From Saccharolobus solfataricus P2 (GTDB lineage Archaea; Thermoproteota; Thermoprotei_A; Sulfolobales; Sulfolobaceae), in the NCBI RefSeq assembly GCF_000007005.1, contig NC_002754.1: a DNA stretch of 64,000 nucleotides; one strand, given 5' to 3'. The translations under genes were made by a program, and so were the position numbers. This document shows, one piece after another, positions 23,648 to 34,134 of the stretch. The notes under the pieces were generated by a model. The model was not told the DNA's origin and ran no database searches. It saw only the letters and a program-made list of their open reading frames with translations. Position 1 is the first letter of the stretch. Each line of letters starts with the position of its first letter.

Positions 23648-24419
23648 TACCCTACAAGCCATATCCTTTTTTCTATCTCTCCTTTTAGCTTTACCAACTC
23701 TCTATTTGCTATTTTACGGCTATGGTCCGTTTTTTGTTAAATCAGTCGCGTTCAGTAGCTCTTTACTTTCCTCAATAGGTTTATCGTTTTTTGCTTCAGC
23801 CCTTTCCATTGTAATAACTGTTCTTATCTTTACTCCCTTGGCATATTATTTATCAAGACATAGGAATCCAATTATTGAGACTTTAGTCGATGTGCCAGCA
23901 TCTATACCGCATCCCCTAGTTGGCATTGCTTTAATTTTCATTGATAGTCCCACTAATCCTCTAGGTGCTTTACTTTACTCTCATGGTATTATTTTTTACT
24001 ACACTTATACTGGCTTATTGTTGGCTTTGATTATTGTTTCTAGTCCTATCTATATTCGTTCGATGCAGAATTTCTTCGAGTCTCTTCCAAGGTCTTATGA
24101 AATATATGCCATGAGTTTAGGTGCTTCCGAGTTCAAAGTATTTACTTCCGTAGTTTTCCCTCTTTCAATTAGGGGGATAATATCTGCTGGGCTAACTTCT
24201 ATTGCTAGAGCTATAAGTGAATTTGGATCTGTGGTAATAGTTGCACCTTATGTTACTGGCTGGTTGTTTAACAACGCGTATGTGGCTTCAGTATATATTT
24301 ATAATGAATACGAAACGTATTTTAGCGCTTCAATAAGTGCCTCAGCTACGCTTCTCCTTTTCTCCCTCATACTAATAGTTACAAGTAGGATAGTTAACCA
24401 TTTCTTGTATAAGACATGA
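23622..24419 (+). CDS. ABC permease (ModB/WtpB/CysT-like)
   Basis: LVDVPASIPHPLVG, EAA-like loop YEIYAMSLGAS, ARAISEFGS. Confidence 0.85.
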   Translation: MRVISLKFNTLQAISFFLSLLLALPTLYLLFYGYGPFFVKSVAFSSSLLSSIGLSFFASALSIVITVLIFTPLAYYLSRHRNPIIETLVDVPASIPHPLVGIALIFIDSPTNPLGALLYSHGIIFYYTYTGLLLALIIVSSPIYIRSMQNFFESLPRSYEIYAMSLGASEFKVFTSVVFPLSIRGIISAGLTSIARAISEFGSVVIVAPYVTGWLFNNAYVASVYIYNEYETYFSASISASATLLLFSLILIVTSRIVNHFLYKT

Positions 24420-24442
24420 AAATCCTTTTAAATTATTAAGTA

Positions 24443-26620
24443 ATGAAGTATGGTAATATGAAAAAATGGGCGCCATTAATATTATTTCTATTTTCTCTAT
24501 TATTATTACAAGGAATATCTCTTCATGCCTCTTCACCGTCATTTTCCGTGAATGCAAGTTATTTAGCATCATTGCCTTACGCAAATTCTCATGTCGCAGT
24601 AGTATACTATCAAGGTAGCTTATATATCATAGGTGGGGATTCACATTCAAACCAAGTTTGGATATACTCCAATGGCACATGGAATATCGGGCCTAGTTTG
24701 CCTTTTAGTTTAGTTTCACCTTCAGCAATCGTCTATAATAACACAATTTATGTTATGGGTGGTTATAATAGCACTGGGATAAATCCTTACGTTCTTAAAC
24801 TTAATGGTAATTCTTGGGTTGTCGTAAGTGAAATGCCACTCCCAGCATACTCACCTTACATATTTGTTTATAATAATGCGATTTACGTTATTGGTGGAGA
24901 GAACACCACTAGCCCAGCTGGCCTTTATTTTCCACCTTCTAATGCAATTAGATTATTCTACCCCAATAACGATAGTTGGAGGATAATAGGTTACATGCCA
25001 GTTCCTACATATGGAGGTGGGTATGTATTTAATGGGACTTCCTTGATAATAGTTAGCGGTTACATTGGATATAGTGCCTATACCAATGACATATTGATTT
25101 ATAGTCCACAAAACAATAATTGGACTATTCTTAATGGCGTTCTTCCCTACTGGATTCACGATAGTGCCTTAGCCTATTATAGGGGTGTTTTGTTTATTGT
25201 GGGTGGTTATATTTATACTGCAGGTTCTGGTGGGGTTAATAACGCAATCCTTGCCTACTATAATGGTAATTTGCAAAGAGTTGGATATCTTCCCGTCCCA
25301 GTATATTCTGCTGGTTATGTACAAGTAGGAAATATGTTGTATCTTGCTGGAGGCATTGGTAGTTCATTAAGTGATGTCTCTGCTTTACAGCTAATCACGT
25401 TTAACTTCCCACCTCTTCCCCCTAAGATAACCTCTTATTCTGCAGGAAATGAATCCGTTACCTTAGGCTGGAATCCAGTTAGACTATCTAGTGGTTATGA
25501 GATAATATATTGGAATAACATGGGATTCAACAGCTCAATTAATGTAGGTAACGTTACTAGTTACACTGTAACTGGTTTGAAAGATGGTATAACATACTAC
25601 TTTGAGGTTTTAGCTTATAATTCAATTGGCTATTCTTCTCCCTCAAGTATAATCGCGTTAACTCCAGCTTCAGTTCCTAACCCTCCACAACTCGTTTCTG
25701 TGAAGTACGGTAATGATAATGTTACATTGAATTGGTTGCCTCCAACTTTTTCTGGAGGCTATCTTTTACTAGGTTATTACGTTATTGTTAAGAACGAGAA
25801 TTCGATGGTTAGCTCACATTTCGTTAATAGTACTAGTTTGACAATAAGTAATCTGACACCAAACGTGACTTATAACGTTTTCATTTACGCTGTAAATAAG
25901 CTTGGTAATAGCTCTCCCCTAGTACTTACCGTTGTTCCAATTACCAAGGCTAGTGTTTTTGCATTTATAACTAAACTGGGAAATGGAATTTTAGTCAATT
26001 GGACTACTTCTTTCCCAGCTAATATAACTTTGGAACTGTATAATCCTAATGGTAACTTAATTTCTCAGATTGCAGCTATAAAGGGTAATAGTAGCTATTT
26101 GTTTAGAGTACCTCAAGGTAATTATACGCTAGTAATAATAGCTTCAAACTCAGCTGGGGTTTCTAAATACGTTTATCAAGTAGTTTACTATTTACCACCA
26201 GCCTCTCCGCAAGTCTCGCTTATCGGATTTGGAAATAATCTGTACATTAGTTGGAATAATGAAGCGAATGTAATCACATATCTCGTTTACGTTAATAATA
26301 GTCTGGTTTATGAGGGACCAAGTAATAGCATTGTGACTAATATTAGTAATGGTACTTATTTAGTAAAGGTTATCGGTGTGAATCCAGCTGGCTCTTCATC
26401 TCCTGGCATTGCTGTAATTCACTATACCGGTGATTACGTCACTGTGGTTAAGATGAAGGTTGTTAATGTTACTATTGTCAGTAAGATCGCTTCGGCAGTA
26501 TCAGGTAATGGCAATAATTTAAGTTTAGGTCAAAGTATTGTTATCATATTACTGGCTGTAATGATTTTGTTGAGTATTGCTATTATTACGAGAAATAGGA
26601 GCAATGGATTTGATTGGTAA
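24443..26620 (+). CDS. Cell-surface protein with a Kelch beta-propeller and fibronectin type III repeats, C-terminal TM anchor
   Basis: Signal peptide, about six GG-containing Kelch repeats, FN3 repeats (TLGW..P, YTVTGLKDGITYYFEVLAYN), C-terminal hydrophobic helix. Confidence 0.88.
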   Translation: MKYGNMKKWAPLILFLFSLLLLQGISLHASSPSFSVNASYLASLPYANSHVAVVYYQGSLYIIGGDSHSNQVWIYSNGTWNIGPSLPFSLVSPSAIVYNNTIYVMGGYNSTGINPYVLKLNGNSWVVVSEMPLPAYSPYIFVYNNAIYVIGGENTTSPAGLYFPPSNAIRLFYPNNDSWRIIGYMPVPTYGGGYVFNGTSLIIVSGYIGYSAYTNDILIYSPQNNNWTILNGVLPYWIHDSALAYYRGVLFIVGGYIYTAGSGGVNNAILAYYNGNLQRVGYLPVPVYSAGYVQVGNMLYLAGGIGSSLSDVSALQLITFNFPPLPPKITSYSAGNESVTLGWNPVRLSSGYEIIYWNNMGFNSSINVGNVTSYTVTGLKDGITYYFEVLAYNSIGYSSPSSIIALTPASVPNPPQLVSVKYGNDNVTLNWLPPTFSGGYLLLGYYVIVKNENSMVSSHFVNSTSLTISNLTPNVTYNVFIYAVNKLGNSSPLVLTVVPITKASVFAFITKLGNGILVNWTTSFPANITLELYNPNGNLISQIAAIKGNSSYLFRVPQGNYTLVIIASNSAGVSKYVYQVVYYLPPASPQVSLIGFGNNLYISWNNEANVITYLVYVNNSLVYEGPSNSIVTNISNGTYLVKVIGVNPAGSSSPGIAVIHYTGDYVTVVKMKVVNVTIVSKIASAVSGNGNNLSLGQSIVIILLAVMILLSIAIITRNRSNGFDW

Positions 26621-26624
26621 ATAA

Positions 26625-26666
26625 TAGGGTTAACAAGGTTTGAACCCGGGATCACCAGCGTTATAG
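26625..26666 (+). repeat. Decayed att site: direct repeat of the tRNA-Pro 3' half (30277-30318)
   Basis: 31/42 identical by ungapped hand alignment; core TTTGAACCCGGGAtCACCAGCGTT is 23/24. Confidence 0.85.
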
Positions 26667-26686
26667 AAGAATCTTTATAACATCGT

Positions 26687-26900
26687 AAATTAGTTGCCAT
26701 CTTACGGCAATACCTTACAAGTGTAACGCAAAGGCTTTCTTTGAATTTTAGATAAATAAAAGGAAAATAAGCGAAGAGATGCTAAGAATATGTTATGGCG
26801 GTAAATAAGCCTCATCACAAGACTTCATCCAAGATGATCAGAACGGAATTCGTGGATAATATCAGTAAAAATTTTGATTGGATTAAAGCAATCTACAAAA
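26687..26900 (+). pseudogene. SSV-type integrase C-terminal fragment (intC), heavily decayed
   Basis: Across frames: KLVAILRQY / NAKAFFEF*INKRKISEE / EYVMAVNKPHHKT / IRTEFVDNI, colinear with SSV1 integrase as I recall it (LVANLRQY, NIKAFYDYLMNERGISEK, DYINAISKPYKET, HDEFADKI). Confidence 0.65.
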
Positions 26901-27428
26901 GCATTTATCTAAATAAAGCACGCAAAAATCCTCCTCTTTAGATTCCACTCCCTATAGAGATTTTCCTTAATTAAAAGAATTATACCCAAAATTACGATAC
27001 TATGAAAACCGCAACCAAACAAACCTTATTACCTCTATAATAGATTTTTTAATAACTACAATATGTTAAGTATCTGCTAACTAAAGTAACACGCTAACGT
27101 TTAATTCTGTTTGACAGAATATAATTTTATCAAAGCTAGCGTGACTTACTTTTAAATCAAAGTTTGATTTTGAATTTAAAAAACTTAACGAGCTTGGTAT
27201 CTTAGAAAATTGAATGATTTAACAAATCATTAGATATAGAAAAATTTTAGCTACTTGAAGGTAATGGGAAACCTAACTGGGTAAGAATAAATTATTTCTC
27301 TCTAGATGTTTAATTTTGTAGTAAGTATTTAAATTAAGGCGATTATATATACTATAATGTAATAAATATACCAAATTCGCGTATTTTTATTAAAGGAAAA
27401 ATAAATAATAAAAACTGCACTTTATAAA

Positions 27429-28043
27429 TTATTTAATCTCAATTCGCTCTATTTTTCCTGTTCTTAAATATATTGTCTTATCACATGATTCTTTGAGCAG
27501 AAGATCATGAGAAGCAAAAATTATTGTACCGCTATACTCCCTTATCATATCCTTGACCGCTTTAGAATTTTCTATATCTAAATTAGATGTAGGCTCGTCA
27601 AGTAGTAGTAATTTGGCCTCGGCAGAGAAGGCTAAAGCTAATTTAAATAACCTTCTCTGACCAGAACTTAGTTGGTAAGATTTCTTATAAAGAGGTAGAT
27701 CGAATTTATTAATTAGCTCCTCTGTTTTATTTATATTAAAATCCCTTAATGACGTTATGAACTCTAAGTTTTCCTTTAAACTAGCATTTTCTAGAAATAT
27801 TAAATACTCCTCTAGCATGTACATTTCACTTTTTCTTAGCTCTACAGTTGGATTCTTATTAAATACCCTTACGTATCCAGAATCTGGATTTAACACGCCA
27901 TAAATTAGATATAGTAAAGTAGTCTTACCAGAACCATTTGGACCTTGAATTAAAACTTTCTCTCCTTCATTTACACTGAAATTTACTTTTAGCTCAAAAT
28001 TTTTAAATTTCTTAAAAACATCTACTTTAACTATCTCACTCAA
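27429..28043 (-). CDS. ABC transporter ATP-binding protein
   Basis: GPNGSGKTT, LSSGQ, LLLLDEPT, H-loop ASHD. Confidence 0.92.
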   Translation of the reverse strand: MSEIVKVDVFKKFKNFELKVNFSVNEGEKVLIQGPNGSGKTTLLYLIYGVLNPDSGYVRVFNKNPTVELRKSEMYMLEEYLIFLENASLKENLEFITSLRDFNINKTEELINKFDLPLYKKSYQLSSGQRRLFKLALAFSAEAKLLLLDEPTSNLDIENSKAVKDMIREYSGTIIFASHDLLLKESCDKTIYLRTGKIERIEIK

Positions 28044-29130
28044 TACTCCTCACCTTTAGGAATTTGTGCTGATTACTGTAAGCAGAAAACACCGTATAGT
28101 ACTCAATCAAAATAGAAGATACTAATAATCCAATTAGTCCAGCTATGAATGGATAGACGACCGATAATGGATACCAGTAGACATCGTATAAATAATAATA
28201 AGCTATATATACTATTAATGGAATTATACCTATTACCAGAAACGGTAATATTAGCAGCTTAAAACTTCTCTTCTCGTCTACTCCATTAATTATGAATAGT
28301 GCCAGAACGTTTGAAAATCTACTTCTAATTCTAAATATAAGGAGTAATGAGATCAGAATGTAAATGGTTTCGACTATTTCTGAGGTAGTCCTTAATGAGT
28401 TAAGCTGAAAATACGAAAATGTAAACGAGGAACCAAATCGAGTTATAGAATACCAGTCTGAAAGCGGTAAACCTTCGTATTTTGTATTAGATAAGAAAGC
28501 TTTGAATTCATTTAAAGCAGTATAATTATCTTTAAGAATTATAACATTATCTAATGAGTTTATAGTGTAGTTTATATTAGTTAAAGGTAAGATAGCAAAT
28601 CCTTCTGCGGAAAAGAACGCGTTATATAATATTCCAACAACTCTTAAACTTATGATATTTTTTCCCATATATACACTAACGTTCTCACCTAGCTGAAGAT
28701 TAAGCTGATTCATTTTACCAGCTACCAAATATACTCCATATTCTGGATATCTACCTATTGCGATCATAGAGGAAATAGGAAATATTTTCTTAGCCAAACT
28801 TAAATTATTTATTGCAATAGCCTCAACTGTAGCTCCACCAAGTCTAGCCCCTATATAAATATATCCAAAAGGTGCTAAAGAATTATTACCGAAGAGCCTT
28901 TCTAACTGATTTATTACTAAAGTATTGTTATTACCGGCTATACTTACCACAGATAGATTGCTATAACTCGTTGCTCTAACTTGATATATGGTTAGGGAAC
29001 TAAATAAGGCAAAAAAGAAAAGGTGCAAGATTGGAAGAAATAATAAAAGAATTAATAAAAATATTACTAAATCTCTTATACTATTTCTTGTTAAGAATTG
29101 TTTAAAAATAGATTTAAGCATATTTAGCAC
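28036..29130 (-). CDS. ABC exporter permease, FtsX/MacB-like architecture
   Basis: One N-terminal TM, a large extracellular domain, three to four C-terminal TMs; overlaps the ATPase start. Confidence 0.65.
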   Translation of the reverse strand: MLNMLKSIFKQFLTRNSIRDLVIFLLILLLFLPILHLFFFALFSSLTIYQVRATSYSNLSVVSIAGNNNTLVINQLERLFGNNSLAPFGYIYIGARLGGATVEAIAINNLSLAKKIFPISSMIAIGRYPEYGVYLVAGKMNQLNLQLGENVSVYMGKNIISLRVVGILYNAFFSAEGFAILPLTNINYTINSLDNVIILKDNYTALNEFKAFLSNTKYEGLPLSDWYSITRFGSSFTFSYFQLNSLRTTSEIVETIYILISLLLIFRIRSRFSNVLALFIINGVDEKRSFKLLILPFLVIGIIPLIVYIAYYYLYDVYWYPLSVVYPFIAGLIGLLVSSILIEYYTVFSAYSNQHKFLKVRSIE

Positions 29131-29162
29131 CTAATATATTTAATCAGATTGAGAAAAAAGAT

Positions 29163-29712
29163 TTAAGTTATGGATAATGTCTGATAGGAATATGAATACC
29201 CTGAACCTACTGATACTGAACGAGCCCACCATGGTGTTATATTAAGATTTATTGCTCCTGCTGCTCCATAATCCACTTGTCCTATCAGGTTTGTGTTAGA
29301 TGGAATGGGTTGCGCTATGTAGTATCCGATAGTTTCAGGTGATGTAATAAACCATATTGAATAATAAGCTGCAGCCCATACTTTAACATTACCCCAGTTA
29401 GCAGCTACCACATTAACTGGCGGAATACCACCTATTTCTCCAGTTATTTGGAGTTTAGGCATAACTACCTCCGTTAATACTGTAGTTAGTAACAACAGCG
29501 AAGTTTACAGCAGTTGTAGGTACAGGTATCGGGCCTACATTATCTGGGCAAACTTCTATACTTTCCGCACCATATGCCGTAGAGCCTATAGCAACACTTC
29601 CACTAGACCATGCGAAATAAGGGTTATTCTCAAAAGCTAATGTGATTATAGAGATTATAGGTACTGTTATAGCTAATAATATTACAGCTTTTAGAACTAA
29701 CTTTTTCCCCAT
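29163..29712 (-). pseudogene. Secreted protein in two overlapping frames (29455-29712 and 29163-29495); possible frameshift or two-gene pair
   Basis: The first ORF has a signal peptide (MGKKLVLKAVILLAITVPIISIITLA). The second continues in similar G/A/V/W/Y-rich sequence with a 41-nt overlap. Confidence 0.55.
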
Positions 29713-30078
29713 TTTATATCACTATATTAAACCATAATTTATAACTTTTTTTACTCTCATAATACTTAGTAAGATAGGTTTAAAGTTAGAAATCTATCCT
29801 TATAAATCTAGTTTTGGATATATAGATATTATAGGTAATTTTTATTCCTTGATGTTGTCGTTAACCTATTTATTTTTCCTATTACGAGTATTTAGGACAT
29901 AATCAAGTACTCCATTCCCCTATTCTTGGGAAAAACGCTGTTCCTTGAATTTAAAGGTTAATAACGACACTATGAATCTTTACTGTCTTCTTTCAACTTA
30001 ACGCGTTTTGACTGCAAAAATTAACGGGTTCCCAATGCTTATAAGCCCGTTTTAGCAACCATAATACGGGGCATAAAA

Positions 30079-30330
30079 CTGACGAAAGATAAGACGCGCT
30101 ATAAATATGGCGACTATATTTTACGTGAGAGAAAAGGGCGGTATTATGTCTATAAGTTGGAAACGATAAACGGTGAGGTAAAGGAGCGTTACGTTGGTCC
30201 TTTAGCTGACGTTGTTGAATCGTATCTGAAGTTGAAAGAAAGTAATGGAATTGGGGGTGGGGGGTACCCCCCACAATGGGGCCGCCGGGATTTGAACCCG
30301 GGACCACCAGCGTTCTGGTGGTTAGGGTAG
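30079..30330 (+). pseudogene. SSV1-like integrase N-terminal fragment (intN)
   Basis: Not in the ORF track. (CTG)[52 protein letters not shown]...[12 protein letters not shown], nearly identical to the SSV1 integrase N-terminus as I recall it, and reading into the tRNA; CTG stands at the start-codon position. Confidence 0.85.
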
Positions 30331-30373
30331 TATCCCCAGGCTGGCATCCTAGTCCAAGCTAGACTACGGCCCC
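30277..30373 (-). tRNA. tRNA-Pro(GGG) with a 21-nt intron (30313-30333) at 37/38
   Basis: GGGGCCG/CGGCCCC acceptor, CCAGC-CTGGGG^C-GCTGG anticodon arm, GGTTCAAATCC T arm; intron forms CUGG/CCAG helix with 3-nt bulges. Confidence 0.95.
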
Positions 30374-30581
30374 TTTAATAAAGATAGAGGGAGGGTTTAA
30401 AAATTAACTCGTTTCTAATACTCACATAATACTTTTACTTTCGGTCTACTCTCTCTCCCTATTTAATACGTTTGTATAACGAGTATCACAGTAGTTTGTG
30501 CTATATTAAATGGTGTAAATAGTTGTTAATAGGTGGTCATCAATTCCGATAAAATACGTTTGCAGGAATTGTGGAACAATA

Positions 30582-30767
30582 TTGCATAAGTTTGAAAAGG
30601 TTGGACAAGATTTCTATGGTGTGAGGACTCCCTCAGAGATTAAATCAATATTCGGAGGCAGATGCCCTAGATGTGGACATGAGTTAGGTATCCCGACTTT
30701 AAACGATATAAAGATAAATCTTAAAAAGAAGACAACAAAAGTTATGGTTTTAGAACAACTGAGATAA
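30582..30767 (+). CDS. Small zinc-ribbon-like protein
   Basis: CPRCG motif; TTG start, uncertain. Confidence 0.5.
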   Translation: MHKFEKVGQDFYGVRTPSEIKSIFGGRCPRCGHELGIPTLNDIKINLKKKTTKVMVLEQLR

Positions 30768-31349
30768 GAGCTGGTCAAAAGTTATTTCAGATTTAGAATA
30801 CTTGACCCCCAAGTCACGCCTATTTAGATAGTTTGAAAGTAGTTTTGTGACATTTCTGGGTTTCTCTTTTATTGTCGCAGAATCGTAATCTATAATATAC
30901 GTTCTGTTATACGAGACTATTACGTTTTTCCATGGTCTACTCAATTCTTTATGCTCTATGAGTTTCTCTTCAAGAATTCTAGCTCTTTCTAGTAAATCAA
31001 TTATTGTTTCTCTTCTCTCATTTTTCATTAAATTTCTCCCATGTATATACTCCATTAAAATAAAATTCTTACCGTAATCGTAAACCCTTGGTGCTACTTC
31101 CTCTCCGGCTTTGATTTGTAATTTTGCTTCAATTTCTAAGGTTTCTTTAGGAGCATCTGTTCTCCTTATTTTTAGGACTTTGTATGGTTCAACTAATACT
31201 ACTATTCCAGTTTTTCCTTTCCCTAATACTTTTAAACTCCCTAAGTTCTTTTGACCAAATGAGTACGCGTAATCAAATCCCGCCTTTCTTAGCTCTTCTT
31301 CAACTTCTTTAGAATAAGTAGGGTAGATAAAACAGCTTATTTTAACCAA
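30750..31349 (-). CDS. RIO-like atypical Ser/Thr kinase
   Basis: [33 protein letters not shown]. Start set at TTG 31349, overlapping the cca stop. Confidence 0.8.
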   Translation of the reverse strand: MVKISCFIYPTYSKEVEEELRKAGFDYAYSFGQKNLGSLKVLGKGKTGIVVLVEPYKVLKIRRTDAPKETLEIEAKLQIKAGEEVAPRVYDYGKNFILMEYIHGRNLMKNERRETIIDLLERARILEEKLIEHKELSRPWKNVIVSYNRTYIIDYDSATIKEKPRNVTKLLSNYLNRRDLGVKYSKSEITFDQLLSQLF

Positions 31350-32575
31350 GTTGGAGTTTTCCTCAAGAATTTCATTATTTGTTGATCTTCCGTGTTTTGT
31401 AGCCAATAACTCTCGATATTGTACTTCACCTTTAGAACTATATTCTTTTTGGCTATTGTCTCTGCATCGTATTCCTTTCTCTCTTTTATAGAGTATAATC
31501 TTCCATCTTCTCCAACCCATATATTATCATTTTTCTGAATAAAATCTTCTATAGTTCCTGAGTAGTATTGTGGTCCAATATTTAGATAATACTGTCCAAT
31601 GTTCTTACTTTCCAGTTGTACTGCAATAGTGATATTATTGGTATCTCCCCATGCTTGTACATCGATTACTCTAAAACCATATTGTTTTAGTGCTCTCTCT
31701 ATTTTGTTTACACTTCTCTTTATTTGACCCCATACGATATCCTCTGAACTCTTCTCGTCCAAATTTAACCTTAAAATTAGCACGTCTCCCTTAACTTTTT
31801 CCTCTACTTTTTTTGATGGAAAGAAGAACTCTATAGAGGGGTTTTTTAGATAATATTTTGCGGCAATGGAAAATGTCGCTATATTTTTTAATGACACTGC
31901 GGCGGTTACATTTCTTTTAGGGTCTACTGGGTCTGGGATAATTAATGGCTCAGAAAAAATTTTCATTGGTTTCGTTAATTCTATTTTTATTGGATGCTTC
32001 CATTTTGAGGCCTCTTCTAGAACTTTTCTAAAATTTCCATAATATATAATTAAGAGTTCTGTTGCATATCCAGAGAATCCTTGTACTTTCAATTCAGCCC
32101 CGTAAACGCCTATTCCTTTCATGAACCTTTTAAGTAATCTAACCTCATCTTTTCCTCTTTCGTCCAAGTGGGAAGTAACGTATTTCGTATGGAATGGTGT
32201 TCTATCAACTGCAGTTATTGCCTTATCTCCGCTTTCCACTCTCAAGGCTGGGACTATATCTACTTCTACGTTATTTATATTGACTATCACATACGGATGT
32301 TCAGCGTATGCTAAAGTATAATCGAGATCTTTTATTCTGTTAATAATATCGTTTAGAGCGTTTCTTTCTAGATATTCTTTTCCAACATCTTTAGGATAAA
32401 ATACGAAGACGTCTATATCTGTATCTTGTCTTAGCCAAGTTCCTTTCCTAAATGATCCCTCGACCTCGAAATCTAATTTATTTAACCTTTCCCTAATGAT
32501 TTCCAATACTTTTTCTATTCCTTTTTTGTCTTCTTCAGTGGGTTTTATTATCTTCAGTACTTCCTCCTCTATCAA
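31337..32575 (-). CDS. cca: Class I CCA-adding enzyme
   Basis: [40 protein letters not shown]. Confidence 0.95.
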   Translation of the reverse strand: MIEEEVLKIIKPTEEDKKGIEKVLEIIRERLNKLDFEVEGSFRKGTWLRQDTDIDVFVFYPKDVGKEYLERNALNDIINRIKDLDYTLAYAEHPYVIVNINNVEVDIVPALRVESGDKAITAVDRTPFHTKYVTSHLDERGKDEVRLLKRFMKGIGVYGAELKVQGFSGYATELLIIYYGNFRKVLEEASKWKHPIKIELTKPMKIFSEPLIIPDPVDPKRNVTAAVSLKNIATFSIAAKYYLKNPSIEFFFPSKKVEEKVKGDVLILRLNLDEKSSEDIVWGQIKRSVNKIERALKQYGFRVIDVQAWGDTNNITIAVQLESKNIGQYYLNIGPQYYSGTIEDFIQKNDNIWVGEDGRLYSIKERKEYDAETIAKKNIVLKVKYNIESYWLQNTEDQQIMKFLRKTPTWLK

Positions 32576-33119
32576 TTGAACTCACTTCAAATAGTTTATC
32601 ATATATTGGACCTTTTGGAGTTAACGTGCTTTTAAAGAGAACAACATTATTAACTTCAAAGGTTCCAATATCCACGTTCATATTCTCGTTAATCGTATTT
32701 ATGAGGTTGCTAATGGAGTTGTAGCTTTTTACCCTGCCTATTGTTAAATGTGGTGAGAAATCCTTATCGTCTTCTGGTCTAATTTTTCGCTTTAATAGCT
32801 CGTTAAGTATATAAGATCTAATCTGTCTAAGCTGTTGTTGGCCCTCAACGATTCCAACCCAAACTACTCTTGGTCTTGTTAAATTTGGAAATGCCCCTAA
32901 ACCTTTTAGTGTAACTTTAAATTTATTGAATTTTAACCCACTCATTGAATCTTTCACTTCTTCTACTCTATCCTCTCTAACTTCGCCTAGGAATAATAGT
33001 GTAATGTGAATGTTATATGGTTCGACCAATTTTATGTCGGCTCCTGCATTTTTTACTATCTCGAATATTTCAAGCAGTTTTGGGGATTGCGGTACTTCTA
33101 TGCCTATAAAGAGCCTCAT
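32535..33119 (-). CDS. thpR: RNA 2',3'-cyclic phosphodiesterase (2H family, LigT/ThpR)
   Basis: Two HxT motifs (HITL, PHLT); MRLFIGI start. Confidence 0.92.
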   Translation of the reverse strand: MRLFIGIEVPQSPKLLEIFEIVKNAGADIKLVEPYNIHITLLFLGEVREDRVEEVKDSMSGLKFNKFKVTLKGLGAFPNLTRPRVVWVGIVEGQQQLRQIRSYILNELLKRKIRPEDDKDFSPHLTIGRVKSYNSISNLINTINENMNVDIGTFEVNNVVLFKSTLTPKGPIYDKLFEVSSIDRGGSTEDNKTH

Positions 33120-33137
33120 AATTTTTAAACCTCTATA

Positions 33138-33704
33138 ATGAGTTATTTGGTGGTCACAATTAAAGTCATTCTAATTACTGGAATGCCAGGATCTGGAAAA
33201 AGTGAATTTGCAAAGCTGTTGAAGGAAAGGGGAGCAAAGGTTATAGTGATGAGTGATGTAGTAAGGAAGAGATACTCCATTGAGGCTAAACCTGGAGAGA
33301 GGTTAATGGATTTTGCAAAGAGGTTAAGGGAAATTTATGGAGACGGTGTGGTTGCAAGACTTTGTGTTGAGGAATTGGGAACTAGTAACCATGATCTAGT
33401 AGTGTTTGATGGCGTGAGGAGTTTGGCAGAAGTTGAGGAGTTTAAAAGGCTTTTAGGTGACAGTGTTTACATTGTGGCAGTTCACTCTCCGCCTAAGATA
33501 AGATATAAGAGGATGATTGAGAGGTTAAGGAGTGATGACTCTAAGGAGATTTCTGAGTTGATAAGAAGGGATAGGGAGGAATTGAAATTGGGTATCGGAG
33601 AAGTAATAGCTATGGCAGATTATATTATAACTAATGATTCAAACTACGAGGAATTTAAGAGACGCTGTGAAGAAGTGACAGATAGAGTGTTAAAAAATGG
33701 TTAA
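33138..33704 (+). CDS. UPF0200-type P-loop nucleotide kinase-like protein
   Basis: [32 protein letters not shown]. Confidence 0.8.
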
Positions 33705-34134
33705 AGTTATGGTAGTCGCAGAGGTTAGACCTTCAGAGGACGTAAATAAGGTTCTTTCAGCAATTTCAAACTTCTTTGATTTTGAAAAAATGAATACGAG
33801 AAAGGAAGGAATTATTGATATTTTAGTTTTAGAAGCTAGAACACTTAAAAGCTTACTAAAATTTCATAGAGTGTTAAGGAATGAACGAATTTTGGATTCT
33901 GCTAGGAAATACTTGATGAAGGGAATAGAGGGTAACACAATAGCTTTTATGATACATAAACAAGCTGCAGCAGTTGGTGTTTTAAGCTTCGTCGATAGCG
34001 ATAAGGAATCTCCTCTTGGAGCAATCAAATTTTATATAGAATACCAAAATCCTAAAGAGATAGTCGATTGGTTAGCTCCAAAAACGGCTCATGGAGTACC
34101 TCTTTGGGATAACCCCGTTCCTCCAGATGTCTAA
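33697..34134 (+). CDS. UPF0201 (DUF54) putative RNA-binding protein
   Basis: [24 protein letters not shown]. Confidence 0.8.

Larger units (their letters stand above)
26625..30330 (+). mobile_element. Degenerate SSV-type integrated element at tRNA-Pro(GGG)
   Basis: att repeat, then an intC remnant, cargo genes, and intN overlapping the tRNA: the partitioned-integrase layout typical of SSV-type elements. Confidence 0.8.

Noticed and set aside
29993-30307. 104-aa minus-strand ORF starting MVPGSNPGG
   Set aside because: It is the tRNA T arm plus the antisense of intN; the meaningful frame is on the plus strand.
31350-31520. N-terminal extension of the kinase ORF
   Set aside because: Overlaps cca in another frame; the kinase-like sequence starts near 31349.
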